From IMG/VR virus record IMGVR_UViG_3300037147_000124, positions 1 through 64,000 of that record: a DNA stretch of 64,000 bases, one strand, 5' to 3'. How positions within the stretch are numbered: position 1 is the first letter of the stretch; each line of letters opens with the position of its first letter. The DNA comes from an uncultured virus (IMG/VR IMGVR_UViG_3300037147_000124) (Duplodnaviria; Heunggongvirae; Uroviricota; Caudoviricetes). The notes beneath the pieces are model-generated. The model was not told the origin of the DNA, ran no database searches, and saw nothing but the letters and a program-made list of their open reading frames with translations. The translations under genes and the position numbers were made by a program. Positions 55,347 through 64,000 of this stretch are shown one piece after another.

Positions 55347-55359
55347 TACAGGACAACTT

Positions 55360-57486
55360 GTGAGCACTGGATTCGTTCCGTTGGCCGATCTTGTGGCCGG
55401 TCTTCCTGAGGAAGATCGGTCCTTTCTCGCCAACGCCATCAAACGCGATCAGAAAGAACACGCCGAGGGCAGCGACAAAGCTGGCATCATTCGGCGGATG
55501 CAGTGCGCCCAGTGCCAGAACTGCCAGGAGCACTACCGCACCAAGCATCCAGGCAAGCCCTTCGTCATCAAGTGCTTTGGCGTCTACGACACCCCTGACT
55601 ATGAGGCGGCGAAGGTGCGCATGCACGCCGACGGCGAGGAGATGTCGATCGACGAGATCCGGGAGATCTATGACCCCGCGTTCTGGGGCTCACGCCACAT
55701 CGTCGTCAAGAATGACGACGGCGACATCGTCTCTTTCATCCCCCGTTTCTACCAGGAAGAAGCTCTGCGCTGCACCTCGCCACGCAAGATCGACCGTTGG
55801 GGCCGCGGCCTGGGCAAGACCATGAGCGGCGTGGTGGAGGAGATGCACTTCCTCTGCAACAACAAGAACACCCAGACCCTGGTGCTCTGTCCATCGGCCG
55901 CGCAAGCTCAGTTGTGGTGGGATGAGATCAACTTCCAGGTCGAGAACTCGCCGACCCGTGAGTTCGAGATCTTGCAGAAGAAACAGCAGCCGTACGCCAT
56001 GATCCGCTTCGGCAATGGCTCGGTCCTGACCATCTTCACCGCCGGATCGAAGTCCGGTAAGGGCGCTGACTCCATTCGATCGCAATCCCCGCGCCGCATC
56101 CGGCTCGAGGAGCAGGACTTTCTCGCCGACAAGGATTACCAGGCGATCATGCCGCTGTTGCGGCGCTTCAAGAACGTCACCTTCCACGGTTCCTCGACGC
56201 CGACCGGCAAGCGCGAGATGTACTGGCAGATGTGCAACAAGCTGGCCGAGTACCAGGAGTTCTTCCACCCGGTCATGGATCACCCGGACTGGGGCAGTGA
56301 AACTCTCAATGAAGAGGCCTGCTTGGCCGAAGCCAAGACCATGGACCGCTATCGCCATGAGTGGCTGGCCGAGTTCGGCGATCCCGAGGCCGGGCTCTTC
56401 AAGAGCGCCTTCGTCGACGCGGCGATGATGCCGTTCACCATGCGGTCTTCGATGTACTCCCCGGACAAGAACCATGTGATGGGCATCGACTGGAACGGCA
56501 AAGGCACCGGCACCCGCATCGTGGTCACCCAGTACGATCCTTCGACCCGCAAGCGGAGAGTGGTGCATCACGAGACCATCGACGACCCCAAGTCGACGAC
56601 CCGCAAGTCCATGGCCCGCATCGTCGAGATCAACAAGATGTGGCACTGCGACTACGTGTACGTGGACGCGGGGTTCGGCTTTGTCCAGGACGAGTTGATC
56701 AAGGAGATCGGCGTCGCCGCCGGCACCTTCGACCCTGACACCGCCAAGCTGAAGTACATCAAGGTCATCGACTTCGGCGCCAAGCTCGAAACCAACGCCA
56801 TCGTCCCCAACCGGGACCCCAATTCCAAGTACCTGGCCGATCCGAAGGACGACATTCTGAAGCGCCGCACCAAACCCTTCATGGTTGAAGGCATGGTCAT
56901 GGCCTTCGAAGCCGGCCTGGTCGAGATCTCGCGCGAGTACAACACCCTCGAAGAGCAGCTCCGCGGCTACCGGGTCAAGACCTGGACCAAGGGCGGCGCA
57001 GCCGACACCTACATCACCGACTCCGAATCTGGCGACCATGACCTCGACGCCTGCATGCTGTCGATGCTGGGGATCGAGCTGAACTACGGCCTCTGGCACA
57101 CCAAAGAATCCATCCGGCGTTTGGTACAGATCGCGCACGTGTCAGGCTGGGGACTGCCGGCAACTGTGGTCAATACCCAGCCGGCGGCAGCGGACGATCC
57201 AGAACAGAGTCCAGCCGCGCGGATTGAGCAAAACCGGCAACTCCGCCGTCAGGCGTCCGGGGTTCCTTCCCGCGTTACTGCTGCCCAGACGGGAACATCG
57301 CTGCAGGAGAAATACCGGCTGATGTACCTCTCCAAGGGCAGCTACATTGCCGCCCCCACCGGAGGCGGCGCTGCCAGTTCCAACGGACGCGTACCCTCCC
57401 GGACCGGAGTCTTCCAGGGAGCCTCGCGGGGAGGTTCGCAGTACGGCAACCCGCAGACTTCCCGGACTCGATTCAGGAGCTACTAA
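55360..57486 (+). CDS. terL: terminase large subunit
   Basis: PRFYQ, Walker A GRGLGKT, Walker B IRLEE, STPTG; nuclease motifs GIDW, VDAG, DHDLDA. Confidence 0.92.
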   Translation: MSTGFVPLADLVAGLPEEDRSFLANAIKRDQKEHAEGSDKAGIIRRMQCAQCQNCQEHYRTKHPGKPFVIKCFGVYDTPDYEAAKVRMHADGEEMSIDEIREIYDPAFWGSRHIVVKNDDGDIVSFIPRFYQEEALRCTSPRKIDRWGRGLGKTMSGVVEEMHFLCNNKNTQTLVLCPSAAQAQLWWDEINFQVENSPTREFEILQKKQQPYAMIRFGNGSVLTIFTAGSKSGKGADSIRSQSPRRIRLEEQDFLADKDYQAIMPLLRRFKNVTFHGSSTPTGKREMYWQMCNKLAEYQEFFHPVMDHPDWGSETLNEEACLAEAKTMDRYRHEWLAEFGDPEAGLFKSAFVDAAMMPFTMRSSMYSPDKNHVMGIDWNGKGTGTRIVVTQYDPSTRKRRVVHHETIDDPKSTTRKSMARIVEINKMWHCDYVYVDAGFGFVQDELIKEIGVAAGTFDPDTAKLKYIKVIDFGAKLETNAIVPNRDPNSKYLADPKDDILKRRTKPFMVEGMVMAFEAGLVEISREYNTLEEQLRGYRVKTWTKGGAADTYITDSESGDHDLDACMLSMLGIELNYGLWHTKESIRRLVQIAHVSGWGLPATVVNTQPAAADDPEQSPAARIEQNRQLRRQASGVPSRVTAAQTGTSLQEKYRLMYLSKGSYIAAPTGGGAASSNGRVPSRTGVFQGASRGGSQYGNPQTSRTRFRSY

Positions 57487-57906
57487 ATGGCGAACGGCGA
57501 TACCCAGAACAACATTGCCGCGGACACCGCAGCGAGTTACGACAAGCCGATCGCCGTGTCGGTCATCAACAAGCTGGAGAAGTTCCCGTTCATGCAGGAG
57601 CTGGCCTACAACGGCATCCTGGAATTCCTGAAGCAGGGCTTCCTCGGCCTGCAGGACTTCTTTGAGGAGATGACGGTGTACTCGAGCGTCAGCACCCTGC
57701 TCAAGGCCGCCTGGAGTCTGATCGTGCATCGCGCGCCTCTCAACCTCGATGTGGAGCGGAATCTCTACACCACTGAATCCCTGGGAACGGTCGGTCTGGC
57801 CTTCCAGAGGATGATCGGCTACGACCAGGTCTTCGCCGTGGATCCTGACGACCTGCAGGACGCGACCGGGTCTTCAGTCGTTTCCGCCAACCTCCCGAGC
57901 GCCTAA
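57487..57906 (+). CDS. hypothetical structural-module protein
   Basis: AGGAG RBS; position in head module. Confidence 0.7.
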   Translation: MANGDTQNNIAADTAASYDKPIAVSVINKLEKFPFMQELAYNGILEFLKQGFLGLQDFFEEMTVYSSVSTLLKAAWSLIVHRAPLNLDVERNLYTTESLGTVGLAFQRMIGYDQVFAVDPDDLQDATGSSVVSANLPSA

Positions 57907-59522
57907 TGTCCTTCGATTCGATCAAGTTCGCGTACACCCCGCCGCCTACCGTTCCCGCGACGATCCCAGTCAATTCTGTTCAGCAACCCGGTCTGTTCAT
58001 GAACCCCGGACAGACGAATTCGCTGAACACGTCAGTGGCAGGACAGTTGATCGCCAGAGCCAAGGAGCTGCTCAATGCCAATCGGTACCTTCAGGATGTG
58101 ATCCTGGCGCGCAGCCAGGGATTGGGCGTGGAGTTCGATCCCGCCGTCGACCCCAGCACGGCGCAGTCGCTGGAGATTCTCTACCCGAACCAGATCGTCC
58201 CGACTTCGCTGACCGTCAACATGTACGGCCGGATGCTGGACGCAGAACTGGCCGCGCTGCAGATCGACACCGCGCTTGGCACCAACAGCGCCTGTGAAGT
58301 CAACGCCTTCCAGGCGGCGGCTGTGAGCCAGGTGGCTCAGGCAATTGAGAACGGCTTGCTCAACAGCGGCAAGTTCCAGTACCAGCTGCCCCTGCTGCTC
58401 CGTCAACTCAAGGGAGATACCGCCCTCTTCAACACCGTAGCGACCGAACTGGCCAGGTACCCCGTGCTGGCGGCGCCGGCGGCGTCGCTCACGAGCGGCA
58501 AGCCGAGCTTGATCTCGGTGCGCGGCCAGGACGTGTCGCCTGCCCTGTCGTCCATCATGAACGACGCGTTTGACTCATTCCAGAGTTCCTACGCTTCGGT
58601 CTATCAGCTGGCGGCAACGACGGGTGTCATCGACCAGGACGTCAACAACGTCCTGAACCAATACTTCATCGAGCCGGCCGCGAACCTGATTCGTATGACG
58701 GCTCTGTTCGACTCGCTGATCGGGTTTGCCCATCTCCCGCGGTTGAAGTCAGTGGTCAACGGGCTCACCGGCTACGCCTTCATGATGCTGATCGCCGAGG
58801 CCTCCACGATGGAGTTCATGGCCGATCGGTTCATTCAGACCGCAATCATGCCGCTCCGCCAGATCACCAGCAACATAGGCGACATGGTCAAGCAGGTACA
58901 ACTTGCAACTGCCCTGGTGGGTCAGGCTGCCGGCGGCGTCAAGCAGGCCTACAACCACACCACCGGCGGTCTGAAGGGAATGTCCTTCGGCTACAGTTGC
59001 GGACTCCCGCACAACGCGGCGGCTCAGAAGCCGGCCGTTCCGGAAAGCGTTTGGTCCGTTCCTGGCGTTGGCAAGATGTCCCAGGGCCTGACCGCCCTGG
59101 CCACCCATCTCGACTGGGCACAACACGAAGGCATGAAGAAAGCCAGCCTGGTCCAGGAGTCGTTTCAGAAGCTCCTGCAGCGCCGTGTTGGCGACATGAA
59201 CACCCAGCTGGACCTGATGTGTAGTACCCAGGCTTTGAACACGCTCACCCAGCTCGCGCGATCCGTCCTCTCTTTCACCGGATCCGCGGCGCCCGTGGGC
59301 GGCACCCAGACCATCAGTCAGATGCAGGCCGTCACCCAGATCATGAACGGCATGCAGTCCGCCACCGGATCCTCTTATGTTGTCGTGAACAGCCAGATGC
59401 AGGCCGTTCCTCCTTCCGTTCCCGCGCCACCGAGCAGCGTCCAGACCACTCTGGTCAACGGAGGCCTGACCCTCGTCGCCACTTCGGCGGCCGTCAAGGC
59501 ACCCACCCTTGGAGCAAGCTAA
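57906..59522 (+). CDS. hypothetical structural-module protein
   Basis: 538 aa, between terminase and portal. Confidence 0.75.
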   Translation: MSFDSIKFAYTPPPTVPATIPVNSVQQPGLFMNPGQTNSLNTSVAGQLIARAKELLNANRYLQDVILARSQGLGVEFDPAVDPSTAQSLEILYPNQIVPTSLTVNMYGRMLDAELAALQIDTALGTNSACEVNAFQAAAVSQVAQAIENGLLNSGKFQYQLPLLLRQLKGDTALFNTVATELARYPVLAAPAASLTSGKPSLISVRGQDVSPALSSIMNDAFDSFQSSYASVYQLAATTGVIDQDVNNVLNQYFIEPAANLIRMTALFDSLIGFAHLPRLKSVVNGLTGYAFMMLIAEASTMEFMADRFIQTAIMPLRQITSNIGDMVKQVQLATALVGQAAGGVKQAYNHTTGGLKGMSFGYSCGLPHNAAAQKPAVPESVWSVPGVGKMSQGLTALATHLDWAQHEGMKKASLVQESFQKLLQRRVGDMNTQLDLMCSTQALNTLTQLARSVLSFTGSAAPVGGTQTISQMQAVTQIMNGMQSATGSSYVVVNSQMQAVPPSVPAPPSSVQTTLVNGGLTLVATSAAVKAPTLGAS

Positions 59523-61765
59523 TGCCCAGCAAGACCGCTAACCAGATGAAAGCAGACCGTCTTCAGATCCAGGAAACGTATCGGCTCACCCGCCTCATGG
59601 CATTCACGGACGGCACGCTGAAGAGCGCGTCGAAGCCGATCGCGATGCGGAGGACGGTTGCCGGCAAGCAGATGGAGCCCAACATCAAAGGGCTCGGCGA
59701 TCGTACCGCTTCGTACACCGGCGGAACCTTCCAGCCGCGGGAGATCCCGACCGGAGCACGCCACGTCACCGATGCCCAGATGCGCGCCTGGAAGACGACC
59801 GTCGACAGCGGGATGAAGATCGCCGATGCCGGGAAGATCATCAACCCGGACATCACCCGGATCAAGCAGGCCAAGGCGGCCGACTACATCGGCACCTATT
59901 ACATGTGGAATGGGGTCCTGCAGCCGGAATACGACATGCGCGAACCGCATGCCATCGTGGACACCGAAGTCTATGTAAAGCAGATGGTCCACCGGAAGCT
60001 GGCGCTCGCCGCCCGCGCCGGCTACGAGATCATGAGCGACCGGGATGAGGACGCTGAGTACATCCAGCACCGCATCGACGTCATGGAGTTTGTCTCGGAG
60101 CGCAGTTTCCCCAGCCTGCTCAAGGGCATTCTGTACAACCTCTTCACCTGCTCCAACTGCTTTGTTCACAAGCTGCGCAAGGAAGATGCGTCCCCGGTTC
60201 CCCGCAAGAAGGGGATGCCGGCGCCGGTCGCCGCCTATTCGATCATCCCGGCCCACACCATCCAGCCCTACCTCGAGCATGGCCGGATCGTGAAGTGGCG
60301 TCGCTTCTTCGACTCCGCCGTTCCGTGGCAGGACATCCCGGTCGAAGACATCATCCACTTCAAGTGGTCCTCCGATCTCAAGGCTGGCCACATCTATGCC
60401 ACCCCGCGCACGATCGCCGTCCGCGACGACATCTTTGCGCTCCGCCGCTTGGAAGAGAACGTCGAACTGCTGTTCATCAACCACTTGTTCCCGTTGTTCC
60501 ACGTTCAAGTGGGCACCGCGGAAGCGCCTTGCACCTACGGCGACAACGGCGAGTCTGAGATCGACCTGGTCCGCTGGCAGATCGAGAACATGCCGAAGGA
60601 AGGCGTCTATGTCTCGGACGAGCGCGTCAAGATCAGCGCCGTCGGCGCCGAAGGCAAGTCCCTCGACTTCTCCCCACTGGTAACGCACTACAAGAGCCGC
60701 GTCTATGTCGGGCTGGGCATGAGCGCCATCGACATGGGCGAAGGCGCGGACGCAACGCGCGCCACCGCCGACAACATCTCGCAGAACCTCAAGGATTCGA
60801 TCAAGGCCGATCTCGATGACCTGGCCGATCAGATCCGGATGTTCATGTTCCGCGACTGGTTCATGGAGGCGAACTACTCGACCTCCGTGCAGAAGGGCGT
60901 GGCCCGCACCTTCATCCGGTTCCACGAACTGGATCTCGACAACCGGATCAAGGAAGAGACCCACGTCCTGGCTCTCTTCAACTCCCACCTCATCACCGAG
61001 GATGAAGCCCGCAAGCGCCTGAAGTACAAGGCGATGACTCCGAAGGATCGGGGCAACACCCACTTCAGCCTGCATGTGGTGAAGCTTGAGAAGGAGATTA
61101 CCAAGTTCAAGACTGCCTCGACCCTCGAAATCAACGCCGCCAATGTCGACAACGAAAAGAAGATGGCAGGCACCCAGATCAAGCTGATGGAGGCGCAGGC
61201 CAAACTCTCCGAGACCAAGACCGGTCACGAGGAGCAGAGTCTCGCCGCCCAGGCCAAGCATCTGCCTGTCATCGCCAAGGCCAAGGTAGCGGTGGCGAAT
61301 GCTACCGCGCGCAAGGGCGCCGCCGGCGCGCCGCGCCGCTCAACCGCCAAGAAGACGACGCAGACCGCGGCCGCCGTCTCGAATAAGATGCGCCCGACCA
61401 ACCAGCACGGCAGCGGCCTGGGGCCGACCAAGGCTAAGTCCAGCCGTGAATCCTTCATGGGCGAGTTGTACGAAGGCTTGCTGCTGGCGCGCGAGGACAT
61501 GATCAGCGATGGACAGTCCGCGCCGAAACAGTGGCAGTCGGTCAGTTCGGAAGTGGTAGATCAGGTCCTGGACCGTATGGAGAAAGCTGAAATCACCGGT
61601 TCGGGTGGTGATTCCTATACTAGACAGGTGAGAGATGGACTTAGCCGATTGAAGGCCATGATCGCTGAGACCTCTGACCCTGAACTTCTCTCTGTCCTCC
61701 TTCGGGAAGGCATCGAGGAAGAGGTAGTAGACGATGTCGAACTTCACGACGCACTTGCCAGTTAG
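59522..61765 (+). CDS. portal protein
   Basis: EDIIHFK, YATPR...DDIFALRRLEE, PLFHVQVG, LITEDEARKRL; gene position. Confidence 0.82.
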   Translation: MPSKTANQMKADRLQIQETYRLTRLMAFTDGTLKSASKPIAMRRTVAGKQMEPNIKGLGDRTASYTGGTFQPREIPTGARHVTDAQMRAWKTTVDSGMKIADAGKIINPDITRIKQAKAADYIGTYYMWNGVLQPEYDMREPHAIVDTEVYVKQMVHRKLALAARAGYEIMSDRDEDAEYIQHRIDVMEFVSERSFPSLLKGILYNLFTCSNCFVHKLRKEDASPVPRKKGMPAPVAAYSIIPAHTIQPYLEHGRIVKWRRFFDSAVPWQDIPVEDIIHFKWSSDLKAGHIYATPRTIAVRDDIFALRRLEENVELLFINHLFPLFHVQVGTAEAPCTYGDNGESEIDLVRWQIENMPKEGVYVSDERVKISAVGAEGKSLDFSPLVTHYKSRVYVGLGMSAIDMGEGADATRATADNISQNLKDSIKADLDDLADQIRMFMFRDWFMEANYSTSVQKGVARTFIRFHELDLDNRIKEETHVLALFNSHLITEDEARKRLKYKAMTPKDRGNTHFSLHVVKLEKEITKFKTASTLEINAANVDNEKKMAGTQIKLMEAQAKLSETKTGHEEQSLAAQAKHLPVIAKAKVAVANATARKGAAGAPRRSTAKKTTQTAAAVSNKMRPTNQHGSGLGPTKAKSSRESFMGELYEGLLLAREDMISDGQSAPKQWQSVSSEVVDQVLDRMEKAEITGSGGDSYTRQVRDGLSRLKAMIAETSDPELLSVLLREGIEEEVVDDVELHDALAS
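61614..61623 (+). promoter_or_regulatory. class III (late) motif CCTATACTAG inside the portal 3' end
   Basis: Upstream of the head-maturation genes. Confidence 0.55.
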
Positions 61766-61916
61766 GGAGATCAACCCCACCGGCATTGTATCCGCACCGC
61801 TGGAGACCGCGCTTGCAATGGGCGCCGGGGCAATGTTCCAGAGTCCGGTACAGGTATCCCAGATCCCCGCAGGCGGTTCTTTCCTGCTCGAGATCCCCCT
61901 CAACGTACAGAACTAA
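61734..61916 (+). CDS. small hypothetical protein
   Basis: GAGG RBS; overlaps the portal end. Confidence 0.5.
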   Translation: MSNFTTHLPVREINPTGIVSAPLETALAMGAGAMFQSPVQVSQIPAGGSFLLEIPLNVQN

Positions 61917-61986
61917 CTGCAGTCGACGCCGGACAAGAACTACGTTACCCGGGTGACTGACAGTTCGTCAGGAAGAACAAGCCGAC

Positions 61987-64000
61987 ATGTCCAACGAGCG
62001 ACGCTGGCTCAAGGTCCGCGACTTTCTGACATTCCGTCCGAAAGAGGTCCTTGAGGATAAGAAACACTTCTTCGAGTGCAAGGACTCTACCTCCGAGACA
62101 GGCAGTAGCCTGCTCGTGCGCGTCAACGCGACGCACGCCGGTCTGGTCACCGGCAACCGCAAGTTTTACCGTCCTGATTTCATGCAGGACTCAGTCCACA
62201 CCTGGCTGCCGAAGCACAAGCCGGCGCTTCCAGTGTTGCGTGGACACAGTGAGGATGGCGAGGTTCTGGGCCGCGTTCGCGAGGCCAAGTACATCGATGA
62301 CTCCTGGCAGTATGCGAAGGACTATCCGATCCTCAAGGATTCGGTCTTCTACAACCGGGATGCCCGGTCCAAGAAGGTAGGTCTCTTCAAAGCTGTCGAC
62401 TGGATCACCGACAATCTAGTCCCCCTGTCCGACTACCGTGGTCTGGGCCACATCGAACTCGGCCTGACCATCACCAATCCGGAAGCGATCAAGAAGATCC
62501 TCCGCGACGAATACCTTTGCGTTTCGGCCGGTGCCATCACCGACGAGGCAATCTGCTCAATCTGCCACACCGATTGGGCTTCGAACGATAAGTGCGAGCA
62601 TCGCCCTGGGCAGCTCGTTGATGGCCGCCGGATGTTCATTATCTCCGGTCGCTTCCGCTACGAGGAACTCTCCTTCGTCAACTTCGGCGCCGATCCATTC
62701 GCCGCCGTGAAGACCAAGGAATTGAAGGACTCCCTCGAGAAGATGTTCTTTCTCGGCTTGCCGATCGGAGACCAGGATCACATGGTCGAGGCGGGCCTCA
62801 AACTGACCGACAGTCTGTATGAGTCGGACATCCAGATTCATTACGAGGAACCCGAGATGACGATCGATTTGGCTGCCCTTGAGCAGACCATCAAAAGTGC
62901 CGAACTGACCGCGACCGATGCCTTTGCGGTGCGCGACCAGCTCCTGGCCTGGACCCCGGAATCGGAAGACGACAAGAGCGCCAAGCGCAGCTTGCAGTCG
63001 ACCCTGACCGCCAAGATTCGTAAGAACAGCTGGAAGCAGGACACTCCTGTTACAGTGACCGACGCCGTCGCAGCTCCTTCCGCGGAAGAACTCGCCACCG
63101 TCGATAAGGTCAAGGATGCAGTTGATGCTGCCGCCGTCGCCGCCGCCGTCACCGAGTCCGAGACTCCGGCAACGGAAGTCAAGGACAAGGTCGAATGCTT
63201 TGCCTGCAAGGCGAAGTTCACCAAGGACAAGATGGGCGTCACTTCCGACGGTGAGAATGTCTGCGAAGAGTGCAGCGAGAACATCAAGGACGCCAAGAAG
63301 GCAACCGACGGTGTTGTCAAGATCAGCGATGAGCTGAAGGCCCTCGCAGTCGGCGTCAAGTTGCTCGATGCCGAAGAGAAGGCCGAGCCCACCGAAGAAG
63401 CCAAGTCGATTCTCGGTTGCTACGAGACGCTGGACAAGTTGCACGGCAATGCGAGCCAGGAACTGCGCTGGAAGATGGAAGACCTTCACGGCTCCATCGG
63501 CGAGCGTTGGGGCAAGGATCGCTGGGTCGAGTACGCGAAGTCCACGCTGGCCAACCACGTCAAGGACTCCAAGCTCGTCTCCAACGACGAGCTGGCGCTC
63601 AAGGATGAGGCTGTCGTCACCCAGGAAGCCGAGATCACCAAGCTCCAGGGCACGATCACGATCAAGGATCAGTCGATCGCCAAGTTCTTCAACGACTCGA
63701 AGCTGAGCATGGCCACCACCATCGTCATGGCCAGTGTCCTGCGCCAGAAGGACGGTTTCACCGGCCTGGATGGAGCCAAGATCCAGGACAAGATCAGCGA
63801 GTACGCGAAGCGGCATATCACCAGCCTGCGCGACTCCGTCGCCGACATCCTGAATGAGCTGCAGTGGGCCAAGCCCGTTGTAGCCGCACCGGAGGCAGCG
63901 GGCAAGGACCCGGCCACCACGGTAACCGACAACGCGCATGTAAGCGAGTCCGAAGGGTTCCACCCTGAAGCGCAAATTCCGGAACTGAAGGCGCAAGACG
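61987..64000 (+). CDS. prohead protease / scaffold fusion (partial; runs off the window and is absent from the ORF track)
   Basis: Frame open from MSNERRWLK; ATHAG, PVLRGH...LGRV, VSAG, CSIC...CEH, EELSFVNFGAD, then an acidic coiled-coil. Confidence 0.8.
   Translation, partial: MSNERRWLKVRDFLTFRPKEVLEDKKHFFECKDSTSETGSSLLVRVNATHAGLVTGNRKFYRPDFMQDSVHTWLPKHKPALPVLRGHSEDGEVLGRVREAKYIDDSWQYAKDYPILKDSVFYNRDARSKKVGLFKAVDWITDNLVPLSDYRGLGHIELGLTITNPEAIKKILRDEYLCVSAGAITDEAICSICHTDWASNDKCEHRPGQLVDGRRMFIISGRFRYEELSFVNFGADPFAAVKTKELKDSLEKMFFLGLPIGDQDHMVEAGLKLTDSLYESDIQIHYEEPEMTIDLAALEQTIKSAELTATDAFAVRDQLLAWTPESEDDKSAKRSLQSTLTAKIRKNSWKQDTPVTVTDAVAAPSAEELATVDKVKDAVDAAAVAAAVTESETPATEVKDKVECFACKAKFTKDKMGVTSDGENVCEECSENIKDAKKATDGVVKISDELKALAVGVKLLDAEEKAEPTEEAKSILGCYETLDKLHGNASQELRWKMEDLHGSIGERWGKDRWVEYAKSTLANHVKDSKLVSNDELALKDEAVVTQEAEITKLQGTITIKDQSIAKFFNDSKLSMATTIVMASVLRQKDGFTGLDGAKIQDKISEYAKRHITSLRDSVADILNELQWAKPVVAAPEAAGKDPATTVTDNAHVSESEGFHPEAQIPELKAQD

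Noticed and set aside
61914..62054. Stop-codon readthrough of the 61734-61916 ORF
   Set aside because: The frame stays open after TAA but overlaps the protease start, and there is no supporting signal.
1..64000. CRISPR array, integrase, transposase, intein or alternative genetic code
   Set aside because: No regularly spaced repeat-spacer units or such motifs were seen by eye; known genes are full length in code 11 and all three stop codons are used.

Overview
A 64 kb, GC-rich segment of a large, probably jumbo-class, tailed dsDNA phage. Genes run on the minus strand from ~40.5 kb leftwards and on the plus strand from ~40.8 kb rightwards. The left arm carries a 1032-aa single-chain two-barrel polymerase resembling YonO and the cellular RdRPs (active-site motif GGDMDD). 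It also has several ORF-free structured RNA candidates, many small or membrane ORFs, a GH24 lysozyme, a DNA ligase with a rearranged LigD-type phosphoesterase domain, an orphan capsid-like gene, thyX, and a tRNA-repair set (PNK/phosphatase, CCA enzyme, Rnl1-like ligase, Pol-beta nucleotidyltransferase). A tRNA-shaped RNA there has a 57-nt insert in place of its anticodon loop. The right arm carries GroES, a HicA-like gene, a nuclease, phosphatases, dCMP deaminase, a JAB protease, an AT-rich repeat region (origin candidate) and the head module (terminase, portal, prohead protease/scaffold). Three recurring upstream DNA motifs were found by eye. All calls come from manual motif reading; no searches or folding programs were run.
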